DNA of 39,294 nucleotides, taken from a virus. The notes below the pieces were generated by a model. That model was not told where the DNA came from. It made no database searches and worked only from the letters and a program-made list of their open reading frames with translations. Positions 8,816 to 17,715 of this stretch are shown here, piece by piece. Numbering within the stretch: position 1 is the first letter of the stretch; every line of letters starts with the position of its first letter. A program made the translations under genes and the position numbers. The stretch lies in the UHGV virus genome UHGV-0210057, one strand, 5' to 3'.

Positions 8816-9316
8816 TAAGTTTTAGTTTCTCATTTAATTTGTGAAGTAGATCTCTATTTTTATCTGAACTTTTTCTATCGAAACCTATTTATGGCTCTTA
8901 TTTGAACAAAAATAAACCTATTAGCTAATTTATATTAATGGCTGTTATTTATGGTGGTTCTATAATTCGGAAGTTTAATTTAAATCAACTAAAAATAACG
9001 TCGGAAATTATTTATTGGTTATTTGTTGAGGTTTTCTTATGTATTTGTGGTGGTGTTTTGAACACTCGGTAGCATTCTCATAAATATCATTCAGTGGTTT
9101 ACGTACGTAAAAAATTGGTTATGCTGTTAAGAGTGGTTACTTCGTCACACAGCTTAAACCCGCCGTCGAGCTGGTTTTTCCATTTTTTGAGTCTCGATAT
9201 TAGCTGATAACTCAATACCTGAGTTATTCATTGACTCCGAGTCTGTTACGTTTCTGCTTTTTTGCGATACGTTGTATTCCCTCAATTTACACCCGCTTTG
9301 TCTGCGAGGTGGGGTT

Positions 9317-9532
9317 ATGAAATCCATGGATAAGTTAACAACGGGTGTCGCCTATGGCACCTCAGCAGGTAGTGCCGGTTACTGGTTTTTACAGCTGCTC
9401 GATAAAGTCACGCCCTCACAGTGGGCAGCAATAGGTGTGCTGGGTAGCCTGGTATTTGGCCTGCTGACGTACCTGACAAACCTTTATTTCAAGATTAAAG
9501 AAGATAAGCGCAAGGCTGCGAGAGGTGAATAA
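9317..9532 (+). CDS. essD: Class II holin (pinholin, phage 21 S21-like) with dual-start motif
   Basis: 71 aa MKSMDK... with two TM segments; Met1 and Met4 give an antiholin/holin pair; GAGGTGGGG RBS; stop overlaps the endolysin start. Confidence 0.85.
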
Positions 9533-10029
9533 TGCCTCCATCATTACGAAAAGCCGTTGCTGCTGCTATTGGTGGCGGAGCAATTGCTATAGCATCAGTG
9601 TTAATTACTGGCCCAAGTGGTAACGATGGTCTGGAAGGTGTCAGCTACATACCATACAAAGATATTGTTGGTGTATGGACTGTATGTCACGGGCATACAG
9701 GAAAAGACATCATGCTCGGTAAAACGTATACCAAAGCAGAATGCAAAGCACTCTTGAATAAAGACCTTGCCACTGTCGCCAGACAAATTAACCCGTACAT
9801 CAAAGTCGATATACCGGAAACAACGCGCGGCGCTCTTTACTCATTCGTTTACAACGTGGGTGCTGGCAATTTCAGAACATCGACGCTTCTTCGCAAAATA
9901 AACCAGGGTGATATCAAAGGCGCATGTGATCAGCTACGTCGCTGGACATATGCTGGCGGTAAGCAATGGAAAGGTCTCATGACTCGTCGTGAGATTGAGC
10001 GTGAAATCTGTTTGTGGGGTCAGCAATGA
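9532..10029 (+). CDS. rrrD: SAR endolysin (T4-lysozyme-like, phage 21 R-like)
   Basis: 165 aa; N-terminal Gly/Ala-rich signal-anchor-release segment ([18 protein letters not shown]) followed by a lysozyme catalytic region (EG..Y.D..GV.T.C.GHT). Confidence 0.85.
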   Translation: MPPSLRKAVAAAIGGGAIAIASVLITGPSGNDGLEGVSYIPYKDIVGVWTVCHGHTGKDIMLGKTYTKAECKALLNKDLATVARQINPYIKVDIPETTRGALYSFVYNVGAGNFRTSTLLRKINQGDIKGACDQLRRWTYAGGKQWKGLMTRREIEREICLWGQQ

Positions 10030-10463
10030 ACAGAGTAACCACGATTATCTCCGCTCTGGTTATCTGCATCATCGTCTGCCTGTCATGGGCTGTTAATCAT
10101 TACCGTGATAACGCCATCGCCTACAAAGAGCAGCGTGATAAGGCCGCATCCATTATCGCTGACATGCAGAAACGGCAACATGATGTAGCAGAACTCGACG
10201 CCAGATACACAAAGGAGCTTGCTGATGCTAACGCGACTATCGAAAGTCTCCGTGCTGATGTTTCTGCTGGTCGTAAACGCCTGCAAGTCGCCGCCACCTG
10301 TGCAAAGTCAACGACCGGAGCCAGCAGCATGGGCGATGGAGAAAGCCCAGGACTTACAGCAGATGCTGAACTCAATTATTACCGTCTCCGAAGTGGAATC
10401 GACAAGATAACCGCGCAGGTTAACTACCTGCAGGAATACATCAGGACGCAATGCCTGAAATAA
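10026..10463 (+). CDS. rzpD: Rz i-spanin
   Basis: 145 aa from [18 protein letters not shown] (N-terminal TM) with coiled-coil periplasmic region; ATGA overlap with the endolysin stop. Confidence 0.8.
   Translation: MNRVTTIISALVICIIVCLSWAVNHYRDNAIAYKEQRDKAASIIADMQKRQHDVAELDARYTKELADANATIESLRADVSAGRKRLQVAATCAKSTTGASSMGDGESPGLTADAELNYYRLRSGIDKITAQVNYLQEYIRTQCLK
10219..10410 (+). CDS. rzoD: Rz1 o-spanin lipoprotein, embedded in the +1 frame of Rz
   Basis: Small ORF wholly inside Rz with lipobox (LLVVNAC) and proline-rich segment ([13 protein letters not shown]); exact start codon uncertain. Confidence 0.65.
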   Translation: MLMLTRLSKVSVLMFLLVVNACKSPPPVQSQRPEPAAWAMEKAQDLQQMLNSIITVSEVESTR

Positions 10464-10494
10464 TTTTTTTGCAAATCACAAAGTCCATTTAATG

Positions 10495-10517
10495 AGCCTC
10501 GCGATGCGGGGCTTTTT
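10495..10517 (+). terminator. Intrinsic terminator after the lysis cassette (first of a tandem pair)
   Basis: AGCCTCGC-GAT-GCGGGGCT hairpin (one G-U pair) followed by TTTTT. Confidence 0.55.
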
Positions 10518-10524
10518 GCAATAA

Positions 10525-10549
10525 ATGCGTACCGCAACGCATGTTTTTT
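10525..10549 (+). terminator. Intrinsic terminator (second of the tandem pair)
   Basis: ATGCGT-ACCGCA-ACGCAT hairpin followed by GTTTTTT. Confidence 0.55.
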
Positions 10550-10664
10550 ACACCGAACCTGCCCCTTTGGAATGGGCCTTTGAGGATACCAGTTAGTGCT
10601 GGCGAGCCTCGGTGGGCTGGTTTCCTGTGCGGCAAAGGTTCATTTCAAAGAGTAGGTACACGCT

Positions 10665-11435
10665 ATGAAATCATTAACCCTCTTCAATCAACCAATTCGT
10701 ATCGGTGAAGATGGCATGATCTGCCTCACTGATATGTGGAAAGCCAGTGGTAAAAGTGAATCTGAATCGCCTTACCACTACCTGCGAAACAAGCAGACCA
10801 AAGAGTTCTTAGCCGAGCTGGAGAAAAACCACGAATCTGTGGTTTTTACTGAGCGCGGTGTACACGGTGGAACATATGGCGGGAAGTTTGTTGCTTACGA
10901 TTATGCGGCTTGGTTAAACCCCGGGTTCAAGTACGCGGCCTATAAAGTCCTCGATGACTACTTCACCGGAGAACTTCAGCATCGCAACAGCTTAAGTGCG
11001 CAGCTCAACATGAAATGTCATGAGTTTGACCAGAAGAAAGACATGGCGAGCTTCTGCGGACAAGGGCTGGCAGCATGGCGCTATACGAAGCCAGTGTTGG
11101 TCGCTGAGATTAACTCCCTGGCTAACCAGCTGCAGATTACGATCCCCCGGGCTTCCGGGATGAGTGATCGTGTCATTGAATGCGCCTCCAGAGCGGGGCG
11201 CGACTTCTCAGAGTTCATGAAAGGCGAGAAGGGCATGATGGAAGCATTGGCCTCGGTGGATGAGTTTGGCGAGCAGCTGCGCCTCAACGGCTGTGTCAAT
11301 CATCACTTTGTTAGCTACATGATGCGGAACTCGATCATGCAGGCATTCATGGACATGGCAAAAGCCGAGAGGAAAGAAGAGCGCCGGCGTAAGCGAGCGG
11401 AAGCAAAAGCAAAAGCAAAAGCAAAAGTGAAGTAG
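10665..11435 (+). CDS. KilA-N domain protein (antirepressor-like) with C-terminal (AK)n tail
   Basis: 256 aa; N-terminal KilA-N-type motif (ICLTDMWKASGKS..PYHYLRNKQTKEFL); basic C-terminus ending AEAKAKAKAKVK. Confidence 0.7.
   Translation: MKSLTLFNQPIRIGEDGMICLTDMWKASGKSESESPYHYLRNKQTKEFLAELEKNHESVVFTERGVHGGTYGGKFVAYDYAAWLNPGFKYAAYKVLDDYFTGELQHRNSLSAQLNMKCHEFDQKKDMASFCGQGLAAWRYTKPVLVAEINSLANQLQITIPRASGMSDRVIECASRAGRDFSEFMKGEKGMMEALASVDEFGEQLRLNGCVNHHFVSYMMRNSIMQAFMDMAKAERKEERRRKRAEAKAKAKAKVK
11403..11426 (+). repeat. Tandem hexanucleotide repeat (GCAAAA)x4 at the 3' end of the KilA-N gene
   Basis: Four perfect GCAAAA units encoding AKAKAKAK; a 6-nt unit changes length in frame only. Confidence 0.85.
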
Positions 11436-11730
11436 CCATTACAAAGCCCATTTACGGGTGGGCTTGATAATGAAACCGGAATTTATTCTGGGCCACCAGT
11501 TAACGGCAGTACCACGAAACAACCCAAGCCAGTAAGTGGGGAAATAACACTGGCAGCCACTGAAAGATGAAGCTCCTGCCTTAAGGCAAAAAAGATTCTT
11601 TGTGGTGGCGGACTGATGGAAAGACATCGGTTATTGCAGAGGCCATTCAATGAGTGGTCTCGACAATGGCTTATACCCTACACGGGATAACTTAACTGAT
11701 ATCCCTTTTAACGGATAAACGGAGCCAACA

Positions 11731-11973
11731 ATGGCAGAGATTATTCCCATGACTGAAGAACAGAAATTCCAGTTAGAGATTTACAAACTGGTCATGAACC
11801 AGAACGCAGCCGCAGAGGAAGCATTTCAGTTCATTGGCACTGACGAACTGAAGCTTGAGCTATTCAAAATTCACTTCCAGTCAGGCGGCGCTAATTCAGA
11901 TATCACGACCCGTACTATCGAAGCGGTGCGTAAATCGAAGGAAGCGTTAGACCTGTTCACTACCGGAGCATGA
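11731..11973 (+). CDS. Hypothetical small protein
   Basis: 80-aa ORF with GGAG-type RBS (ACGGAGCCAACAATG); no family recognised. Confidence 0.5.
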   Translation: MAEIIPMTEEQKFQLEIYKLVMNQNAAAEEAFQFIGTDELKLELFKIHFQSGGANSDITTRTIEAVRKSKEALDLFTTGA

Positions 11974-11974
11974 T

Positions 11975-12154
11975 GTGAGCCGCGTAATCAATTTGGGTAA
12001 GGAGAAGAAATTCCCAATTACTCAAGAGCTATACGAGAGGCTGGAAAGCGTCATCCATGATTACGATGGTGAAATCAGTTTATGCGAGGCGATTGGTACA
12101 CTCGAATTGCTGAAGCAGTCACTGATTGAAGGCGCGAAAGAGTCCTTAACCTGA
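11975..12154 (+). CDS. Hypothetical small protein (GTG start)
   Basis: 59-aa ORF translated by hand (VSRVINLGKEKKFPITQELYERLESVIHDYDGEISLCEAIGTLELLKQSLIEGAKESLT) immediately after the previous ORF; a terminator follows. Confidence 0.35.
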   Translation: MSRVINLGKEKKFPITQELYERLESVIHDYDGEISLCEAIGTLELLKQSLIEGAKESLT

Positions 12155-12179
12155 AATAACGATTAAGTGAGATGAATAT

Positions 12180-12206
12180 GGCAGCACTCAACATGCTGCC
12201 TTTTAT
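12180..12206 (+). terminator. Intrinsic terminator
   Basis: GGCAGCA-CTCAACA-TGCTGCC hairpin followed by TTTTATCG. Confidence 0.5.
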
Positions 12207-12217
12207 CGTTGATTAGT

Positions 12218-12457
12218 TTAACCGCGAGCTTCACGACCGTTTTCGTCTTCAGGCACACGGAAACGCCAGTACTTGTCTGGCTTAACCCAAACGACATCAT
12301 TGCCACTATCAACTCTAAATGCATTTATAACTTTGGTTGAAAGTACTTGGTTGCCATCTGCATTTTCTTTCAGGTGCTGCTCATTACCTGTCTTTATCAG
12401 GTAATCGACAACATCTTGTTGATAAAGGCATCTGTCAGTTACTAATGCGGACATCAT
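12218..12457 (-). CDS. Hypothetical protein
   Basis: 79-aa ORF on the strand opposite the virion genes; no family recognised. Confidence 0.45.
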   Translation of the reverse strand: MMSALVTDRCLYQQDVVDYLIKTGNEQHLKENADGNQVLSTKVINAFRVDSGNDVVWVKPDKYWRFRVPEDENGREARG

Positions 12458-12501
12458 CCACTTTGTTATATCAGCAACTTTTAAATGAGACGCGCTTGGG
12501 C

Positions 12502-12714
12502 TTATGGCTTTGGGTTTGTGTCCGTTAAAGACTCTTCAGCAAAGTGTCCTTTCTCAAGTTTTTTCCCTGCAAACCATTGGCATGTGTATGTTCCAGTAAA
12601 AGAACCTCCGTATTCGTGGATTTCGTATACAGACATCTCAGGACCGCCTGATTTCAAATATACGGAATCGCCAATTTTAAATAACGCTTTTCTTACAGTT
12701 GAAGATTTGCTCAT
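12502..12714 (-). CDS. DUF2158 (YodC-like) small protein
   Basis: 70 aa with the motif GDSVYLKSGGPEMSV...C.WF.G characteristic of YodC/DUF2158 as recalled. Confidence 0.55.
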   Translation of the reverse strand: MSKSSTVRKALFKIGDSVYLKSGGPEMSVYEIHEYGGSFTGTYTCQWFAGKKLEKGHFAEESLTDTNPKP

Positions 12715-12740
12715 AACTAATCACCTTCATAAGAGAAAAC

Positions 12741-13268
12741 ATGGCACTCACCGACAAGCAAGAGATGTTCTGTCGCGAGTACCTCATCGATTTAAATGCC
12801 ACGCAAGCGGCTATTCGGGCGGGGTACAGCGCAAAGACAGCTAACCGTACCGCATCCGAAAACCTGTCAAAACCTGACATCAAGTTAAGAATCTCCGAAC
12901 TGAAAGCGCAACGCAATGATCTTGTTGGTATTAATGCAGAATATGTACTTAACCGCCTTATTGAAATCGACCAGATGGATGTGCTCGACATTCTCCTGCA
13001 AAACGGTGAGTTAAAGCCCATTAAAGACTGGCCTAAGGTATGGCGCACAACGCTATCAGGAATGGATGTCGTGGAGATGGTATCCGCAGATAGTGCCGCA
13101 CTTCTGAAGAAAATCAAATGGCCTGATAAGGTCAAAAACCTCGAACTTCTTGGTAAGCATGTTTCCGTTCAGGCATTTAAAGAACAAGCTTCTCACGAGC
13201 TAACCGGTAAAGACGGCGGCGCAATCCAGATTGAAACATCACCGATGAGCACTCTATTCGGAAAATGA
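12741..13268 (+). CDS. Terminase small subunit
   Basis: 175 aa; N-terminus MALTDKQEMFCREYLIDLNATQAAIRAGYS is the conserved terminase small-subunit HTH motif; ATGA overlap with TerL. Confidence 0.85.
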   Translation: MALTDKQEMFCREYLIDLNATQAAIRAGYSAKTANRTASENLSKPDIKLRISELKAQRNDLVGINAEYVLNRLIEIDQMDVLDILLQNGELKPIKDWPKVWRTTLSGMDVVEMVSADSAALLKKIKWPDKVKNLELLGKHVSVQAFKEQASHELTGKDGGAIQIETSPMSTLFGK

Positions 13269-14677
13269 CCTCGATTAATCCTATCTTTGAACCGTTCATT
13301 GAGGCGCATCGCTACAAAGTCGCCAAAGGCGGTCGAGGTAGCGGTAAGTCATGGGCAATTGCGAGGCTGCTTGTTGAAGCGGCGCGCCGGCAGCCTGTGC
13401 GCATCCTCTGTGCTCGTGAACTGCAAAACAGTATCAGCGATTCGGTAATCCGGTTGCTTGAAGACACCATAGAGCGGGAAGGGTATTCGGCTGAGTTTGA
13501 AATTCAGCGTTCCATGATTCGTCATCTCGGAACGAATGCCGAATTCATGTTCTACGGCATCAAAAACAACCCGACAAAGATTAAATCGCTCGAAGGTATT
13601 GATATCTGCTGGGTGGAGGAAGCGGAAGCGGTAACGAAGGAATCGTGGGATATCCTGATACCAACCATCCGTAAGCCGTTCTCTGAAATATGGGTAAGCT
13701 TCAACCCGAAAAACATCCTCGACGATACCTATCAGCGATTCGTCGTAAACCCTCCTGATGATATTTGTCTGCTGACGGTGAACTACACCGACAACCCGCA
13801 CTTTCCTGAAGTTCTCCGTCTGGAGATGGAAGAGTGTAAACGCAGAAATCCGACACTGTATCGTCACATCTGGCTTGGTGAGCCAGTAAGCGCAAGTGAT
13901 ATGGCAATCATCAAACGTGAATGGCTTGAAGCCGCAACCGATGCGCACAAGAAACTCGGATGGAAAGCGAAAGGCGCTGTTGTCTCTGCGCATGACCCGT
14001 CAGATACAGGACCAGATGCTAAAGGTTATGCATCGCGTCACGGTTCGGTAGTTAAGCGCATTGCCGAAGGTCTGCTGATGGACATCAACGAGGGTGCTGA
14101 CTGGGCTACTTCGCTGGCGATTGAAGACGGCGCTGACCACTACCTGTGGGATGGTGATGGTGTTGGTGCTGGGCTACGCAGACAGACAACGGAAGCGTTC
14201 TCCGGCAAGAAAATCACCGCCACGATGTTCAAGGGCAGCGAATCGCCATTCGATGAAGATGCTCCGTATCAGGCCGGAGCATGGGCTGATGAAGTCGTAC
14301 AGGGCGACAACGTTCGCACTATTGGCGATGTATTCCGCAATAAGCGAGCGCAATTCTATTACGCGCTCGCTGACAGGCTGTATCTGACATATCGGGCGGT
14401 TGTTCACGGTGAGTATGCAGACCCCGACGACATGCTGAGTTTCGACAAAGAAGCGATAGGCGAGAAGATGCTGGAGAAGCTGTTTGCAGAACTGACGCAG
14501 ATTCAGCGCAAATTCAATAACAACGGGAAGCTGGAGCTAATGACTAAGGTCGAAATGAAGCAGAAGCTCGGCATTCCATCTCCTAACCTGGCTGATGCGC
14601 TAATGATGTGTATGCATTGCCCGGCATTGGTCCGCGAAGAAACTGAAATATACGTTCCCTCATCCTCCGGTTGGTAA
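13265..14677 (+). CDS. Terminase large subunit
   Basis: 470 aa; Walker A ATPase motif KGGRGSGKS near the N-terminus; position between TerS and portal. Confidence 0.9.
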   Translation: MTSINPIFEPFIEAHRYKVAKGGRGSGKSWAIARLLVEAARRQPVRILCARELQNSISDSVIRLLEDTIEREGYSAEFEIQRSMIRHLGTNAEFMFYGIKNNPTKIKSLEGIDICWVEEAEAVTKESWDILIPTIRKPFSEIWVSFNPKNILDDTYQRFVVNPPDDICLLTVNYTDNPHFPEVLRLEMEECKRRNPTLYRHIWLGEPVSASDMAIIKREWLEAATDAHKKLGWKAKGAVVSAHDPSDTGPDAKGYASRHGSVVKRIAEGLLMDINEGADWATSLAIEDGADHYLWDGDGVGAGLRRQTTEAFSGKKITATMFKGSESPFDEDAPYQAGAWADEVVQGDNVRTIGDVFRNKRAQFYYALADRLYLTYRAVVHGEYADPDDMLSFDKEAIGEKMLEKLFAELTQIQRKFNNNGKLELMTKVEMKQKLGIPSPNLADALMMCMHCPALVREETEIYVPSSSGW

Positions 14678-14679
14678 AC

Positions 14680-16806
14680 ATGGCTGAGACATTAGAGAAA
14701 AAACATGAGCGGATCATGCTCAGGTTTGACCGCGCCTATTCTCCACAGCAGGAAGTGCGCGAAAAGTGCATTGAAGCTACGAGGTTTGCTCGTGTCCCCG
14801 GAGGTCAATGGGAAGGAGCAACGGCGGCTGGAACTAAGCTTGATGAGCAGTTCGAGAAGTATCCTAAGTTTGAAATCAATAAGGTAGCAACTGAACTTAA
14901 CCGCATCATTGCAGAATACCGCAATAACAGAATCACCGTTAAGTTTCGTCCTGGTGACAGAGAGGCAAGCGAAGAGTTAGCCAATAAATTAAATGGTCTG
15001 TTCCGTGCTGACTACGAAGAAACTGATGGCGGTGAGGCTTGCGATAATGCATTTGACGACGCTGCTACTGGTGGTTTCGGTTGCTTCCGTTTGACGTCGA
15101 TGCTGGTCAATGAATACGACCCCATGGACGATCGTCAGCGTATTGCTATTGAACCAATATACGACCCGTCGCGCTCTGTGTGGTTTGACCCTGACGCTAA
15201 GAAGTACGACAAATCTGACGCGTTGTGGGCGTTCTGCATGTATTCGTTGTCACCTGAAAAATATGAGGCTGAATACGGAAAGAAACCTCCTGCTTCTCTG
15301 GATGTAACGTCTATGACCAGTTGGGAATATGACTGGTTTGATGCAGATGTTATTTACATAGCGAAGTATTACGAAGTTCGTAAAGAGTCTGTTGACGTCA
15401 TCAGTTATCGACATCCAATCACTGGAGAGATTGCAACATACGACAGTGATCAGGTTGAAGATATTGAAGATGAACTGGCAATAGCTGGATTTCAGGAAGT
15501 GGCAAGGCGCTCAGTGAAGCGCCGTCGTGTGTATGTATCCGTAGTGGATGGTGATGGTTTCCTTGAGAAACCTCGACGTATTCCTGGTGAGCATATCCCC
15601 CTCATCCCGGTTTATGGAAAACGCTGGTTCATTGATGACATTGAGCGTGTCGAAGGACATATTGCAAAAGCAATGGATCCACAGCGTTTGTATAACCTTC
15701 AGGTATCAATGCTGGCTGATACTGCAGCGCAAGACCCCGGTCAGATCCCTATAGTTGGCATGGAGCAAATTCGTGGACTTGAGAAGCACTGGGAGGCTCG
15801 CAACAAGAAACGCCCAGCGTTCTTGCCGTTGCGCGAAGTGAGAGATAAATCTGGCAACATTATCGCTGGAGCTACCCCGGCAGGATATACACAGCCTGCG
15901 GTTATGAATCAGGCATTGGCTGCATTACTACAGCAAACCAGTGCTGATATTCAGGAGGTTACAGGCGGCAGTCAGGCCATGCAGCAGATGCCAAGTAATA
16001 TTGCTCAGGAAACGGTTAACAACTTGATGAACAGAGCAGATATGGCTTCGTTTATCTATCTGGACAATATGGCGAAAAGTCTTAAACGCGCTGGTGAAGT
16101 ATGGCTGTCAATGGCGCGTGAAGTGTACGGTTCAGAGCGTGAAGTGCGCATCGTTAACGAAGATGGAAGTGATGATATCGCTGTCCTGAGCGCACAGGTT
16201 GTTGACAGGCAAACAGGGGCTGTTGTTGCGTTAAATGACCTTTCTGTCGGTCGATACGATGTGACGGTTGATGTTGGACCAAGCTACACAGCACGACGTG
16301 ATGCAACGGTTTCTGTACTGACAAATGTCCTTAGCTCTATGCTTCCAACAGACCCAATGCGCCCGGCAATTCAGGGTATTATTCTGGACAATATCGATGG
16401 CGAAGGCCTTGATGACTTCAAAGAGTACAACCGAAACCAACTGCTGATATCTGGTATTGCAAAACCACGCAATGAGAAAGAGCAGCAGATTGTTCAACAG
16501 GCGCAAATGGCAGCACAAAGCCAGCCAAATCCTGAAATGGTTCTCGCTCAGGCGCAAATGGTAGCAGCGCAGGCAGAAGCGCAAAAAGCAACTAACGAAA
16601 CCGCTCAAACTCAAATCAAAGCATTTACTGCCCAGCAGGATGCGATGGAGAGTCAGGCAAACACTGTCTATAAACTGGCTCAAGCCAGAAACATCGATGA
16701 CAAAGCAGTGATGGAGGCAATACGCCTTCTGAAAGATGTCGCCGAGTCACAACAACAGCAATTCCAGTCACCACCACAGTCACCGGCAGACTTAATGCCG
16801 AGTTAA
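14680..16806 (+). CDS. Portal protein (P22 gp1-like)
   Basis: About 708 aa from MAETLEKK; KRRRVY...GEHIP.IPV.G block matches the P22 portal as recalled; Q/A-rich C-terminal tail. Confidence 0.9.
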   Translation: MAETLEKKHERIMLRFDRAYSPQQEVREKCIEATRFARVPGGQWEGATAAGTKLDEQFEKYPKFEINKVATELNRIIAEYRNNRITVKFRPGDREASEELANKLNGLFRADYEETDGGEACDNAFDDAATGGFGCFRLTSMLVNEYDPMDDRQRIAIEPIYDPSRSVWFDPDAKKYDKSDALWAFCMYSLSPEKYEAEYGKKPPASLDVTSMTSWEYDWFDADVIYIAKYYEVRKESVDVISYRHPITGEIATYDSDQVEDIEDELAIAGFQEVARRSVKRRRVYVSVVDGDGFLEKPRRIPGEHIPLIPVYGKRWFIDDIERVEGHIAKAMDPQRLYNLQVSMLADTAAQDPGQIPIVGMEQIRGLEKHWEARNKKRPAFLPLREVRDKSGNIIAGATPAGYTQPAVMNQALAALLQQTSADIQEVTGGSQAMQQMPSNIAQETVNNLMNRADMASFIYLDNMAKSLKRAGEVWLSMAREVYGSEREVRIVNEDGSDDIAVLSAQVVDRQTGAVVALNDLSVGRYDVTVDVGPSYTARRDATVSVLTNVLSSMLPTDPMRPAIQGIILDNIDGEGLDDFKEYNRNQLLISGIAKPRNEKEQQIVQQAQMAAQSQPNPEMVLAQAQMVAAQAEAQKATNETAQTQIKAFTAQQDAMESQANTVYKLAQARNIDDKAVMEAIRLLKDVAESQQQQFQSPPQSPADLMPS

Positions 16807-16819
16807 CCAGGAGTAATCA

Positions 16820-17704
16820 ATGGAAAACGAACTGATCATCGACGGTCAGGTTATTGACCTGTCTGAAACACAGGAAAATGCAGAAGAAACCATCATCCAA
16901 ACAGAGTCACAGCCTGAGAATGAAAGCCAGGATGACAACGGAAAAGAGATGGCAACTGATCCTGAAAAAACCGAAGAGACACCAGAAGATTACGCCTTGC
17001 GTATTGGTGATGAAGAAATTCAGCTTAACGCTGACGATGATGATCACATTGACGGGCAGCCTGCACCGCAATGGGTGAAAGATCTTCGCAAAGGCTTCAA
17101 AGAAACACAGAAAGAAAACCGTGAGTTGCGCCGCCAGCTTGAGGAAGCATTAGCCAAGCCTGCGGAACATCAGCAACCACAACCAGACGCTATTCCACCA
17201 AAACCGACTCTTGAGTCGTGTGATTATGACGAACAGGCGTTTGAACAGGCATTGACTGATTGGCATGAGAAAAAAGGCCGTGTCGAACAGCAGCAGCAAC
17301 AAAAACTACGTCAGCAACAGGAATACCAACAGCGTTTCCAGCAAAGGGTAGAAGCGCATAAACAACGGGCAGCCAAACTTCCTGTGAAAGATTATCAGGA
17401 AATGGAGGCCATTGTTCTTAGTGAGCTACCACCAATTCAGCAGGAAATCATCATTCACTGTGCAGATGAAGGCTCTGAACTACTCGCCTATGGCTTAGGT
17501 AAGAGCCAGCAATTACGCCAGCGTGTAGCCGCTGAGACAGATCCAATTCGCGCAGCATTCCTCTTGGGGCAGATTAGCAAACAGGTAAGCCTTGCTCCAA
17601 AACCAAAGAAAGCCATCAAGCCAGAGCCGGAAGTACGTGGTGGCGGTGCTGATGCGAAACAAGACGAATTCAACAAATTATGCCCCGGCGCAAAAATCGA
17701 ATAA
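16820..17704 (+). CDS. Scaffolding protein (P22 gp8-like)
   Basis: 294 aa, acidic N-terminus and Q/E-rich predicted coiled coil; position between portal and coat. Confidence 0.7.
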   Translation: MENELIIDGQVIDLSETQENAEETIIQTESQPENESQDDNGKEMATDPEKTEETPEDYALRIGDEEIQLNADDDDHIDGQPAPQWVKDLRKGFKETQKENRELRRQLEEALAKPAEHQQPQPDAIPPKPTLESCDYDEQAFEQALTDWHEKKGRVEQQQQQKLRQQQEYQQRFQQRVEAHKQRAAKLPVKDYQEMEAIVLSELPPIQQEIIIHCADEGSELLAYGLGKSQQLRQRVAAETDPIRAAFLLGQISKQVSLAPKPKKAIKPEPEVRGGGADAKQDEFNKLCPGAKIE

Positions 17705-17715
17705 GGAAAAGATAA

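Noticed and set aside
11403-11426. Hexanucleotide repeat as a frameshifting phase-variation switch
   Set aside because: A 6-nt unit cannot shift the reading frame; at most it changes the length of the (AK)n tail, so an ON/OFF switch is not supported.
12677-13135. 152-aa minus-strand ORF overlapping the terminase small subunit
   Set aside because: Antisense shadow ORF; the terS reading frame has the conserved N-terminal motif.
13349-13993. 214-aa minus-strand ORF inside the terminase large subunit
   Set aside because: Antisense to a strongly supported terminase gene with a Walker A motif; typical shadow ORF.
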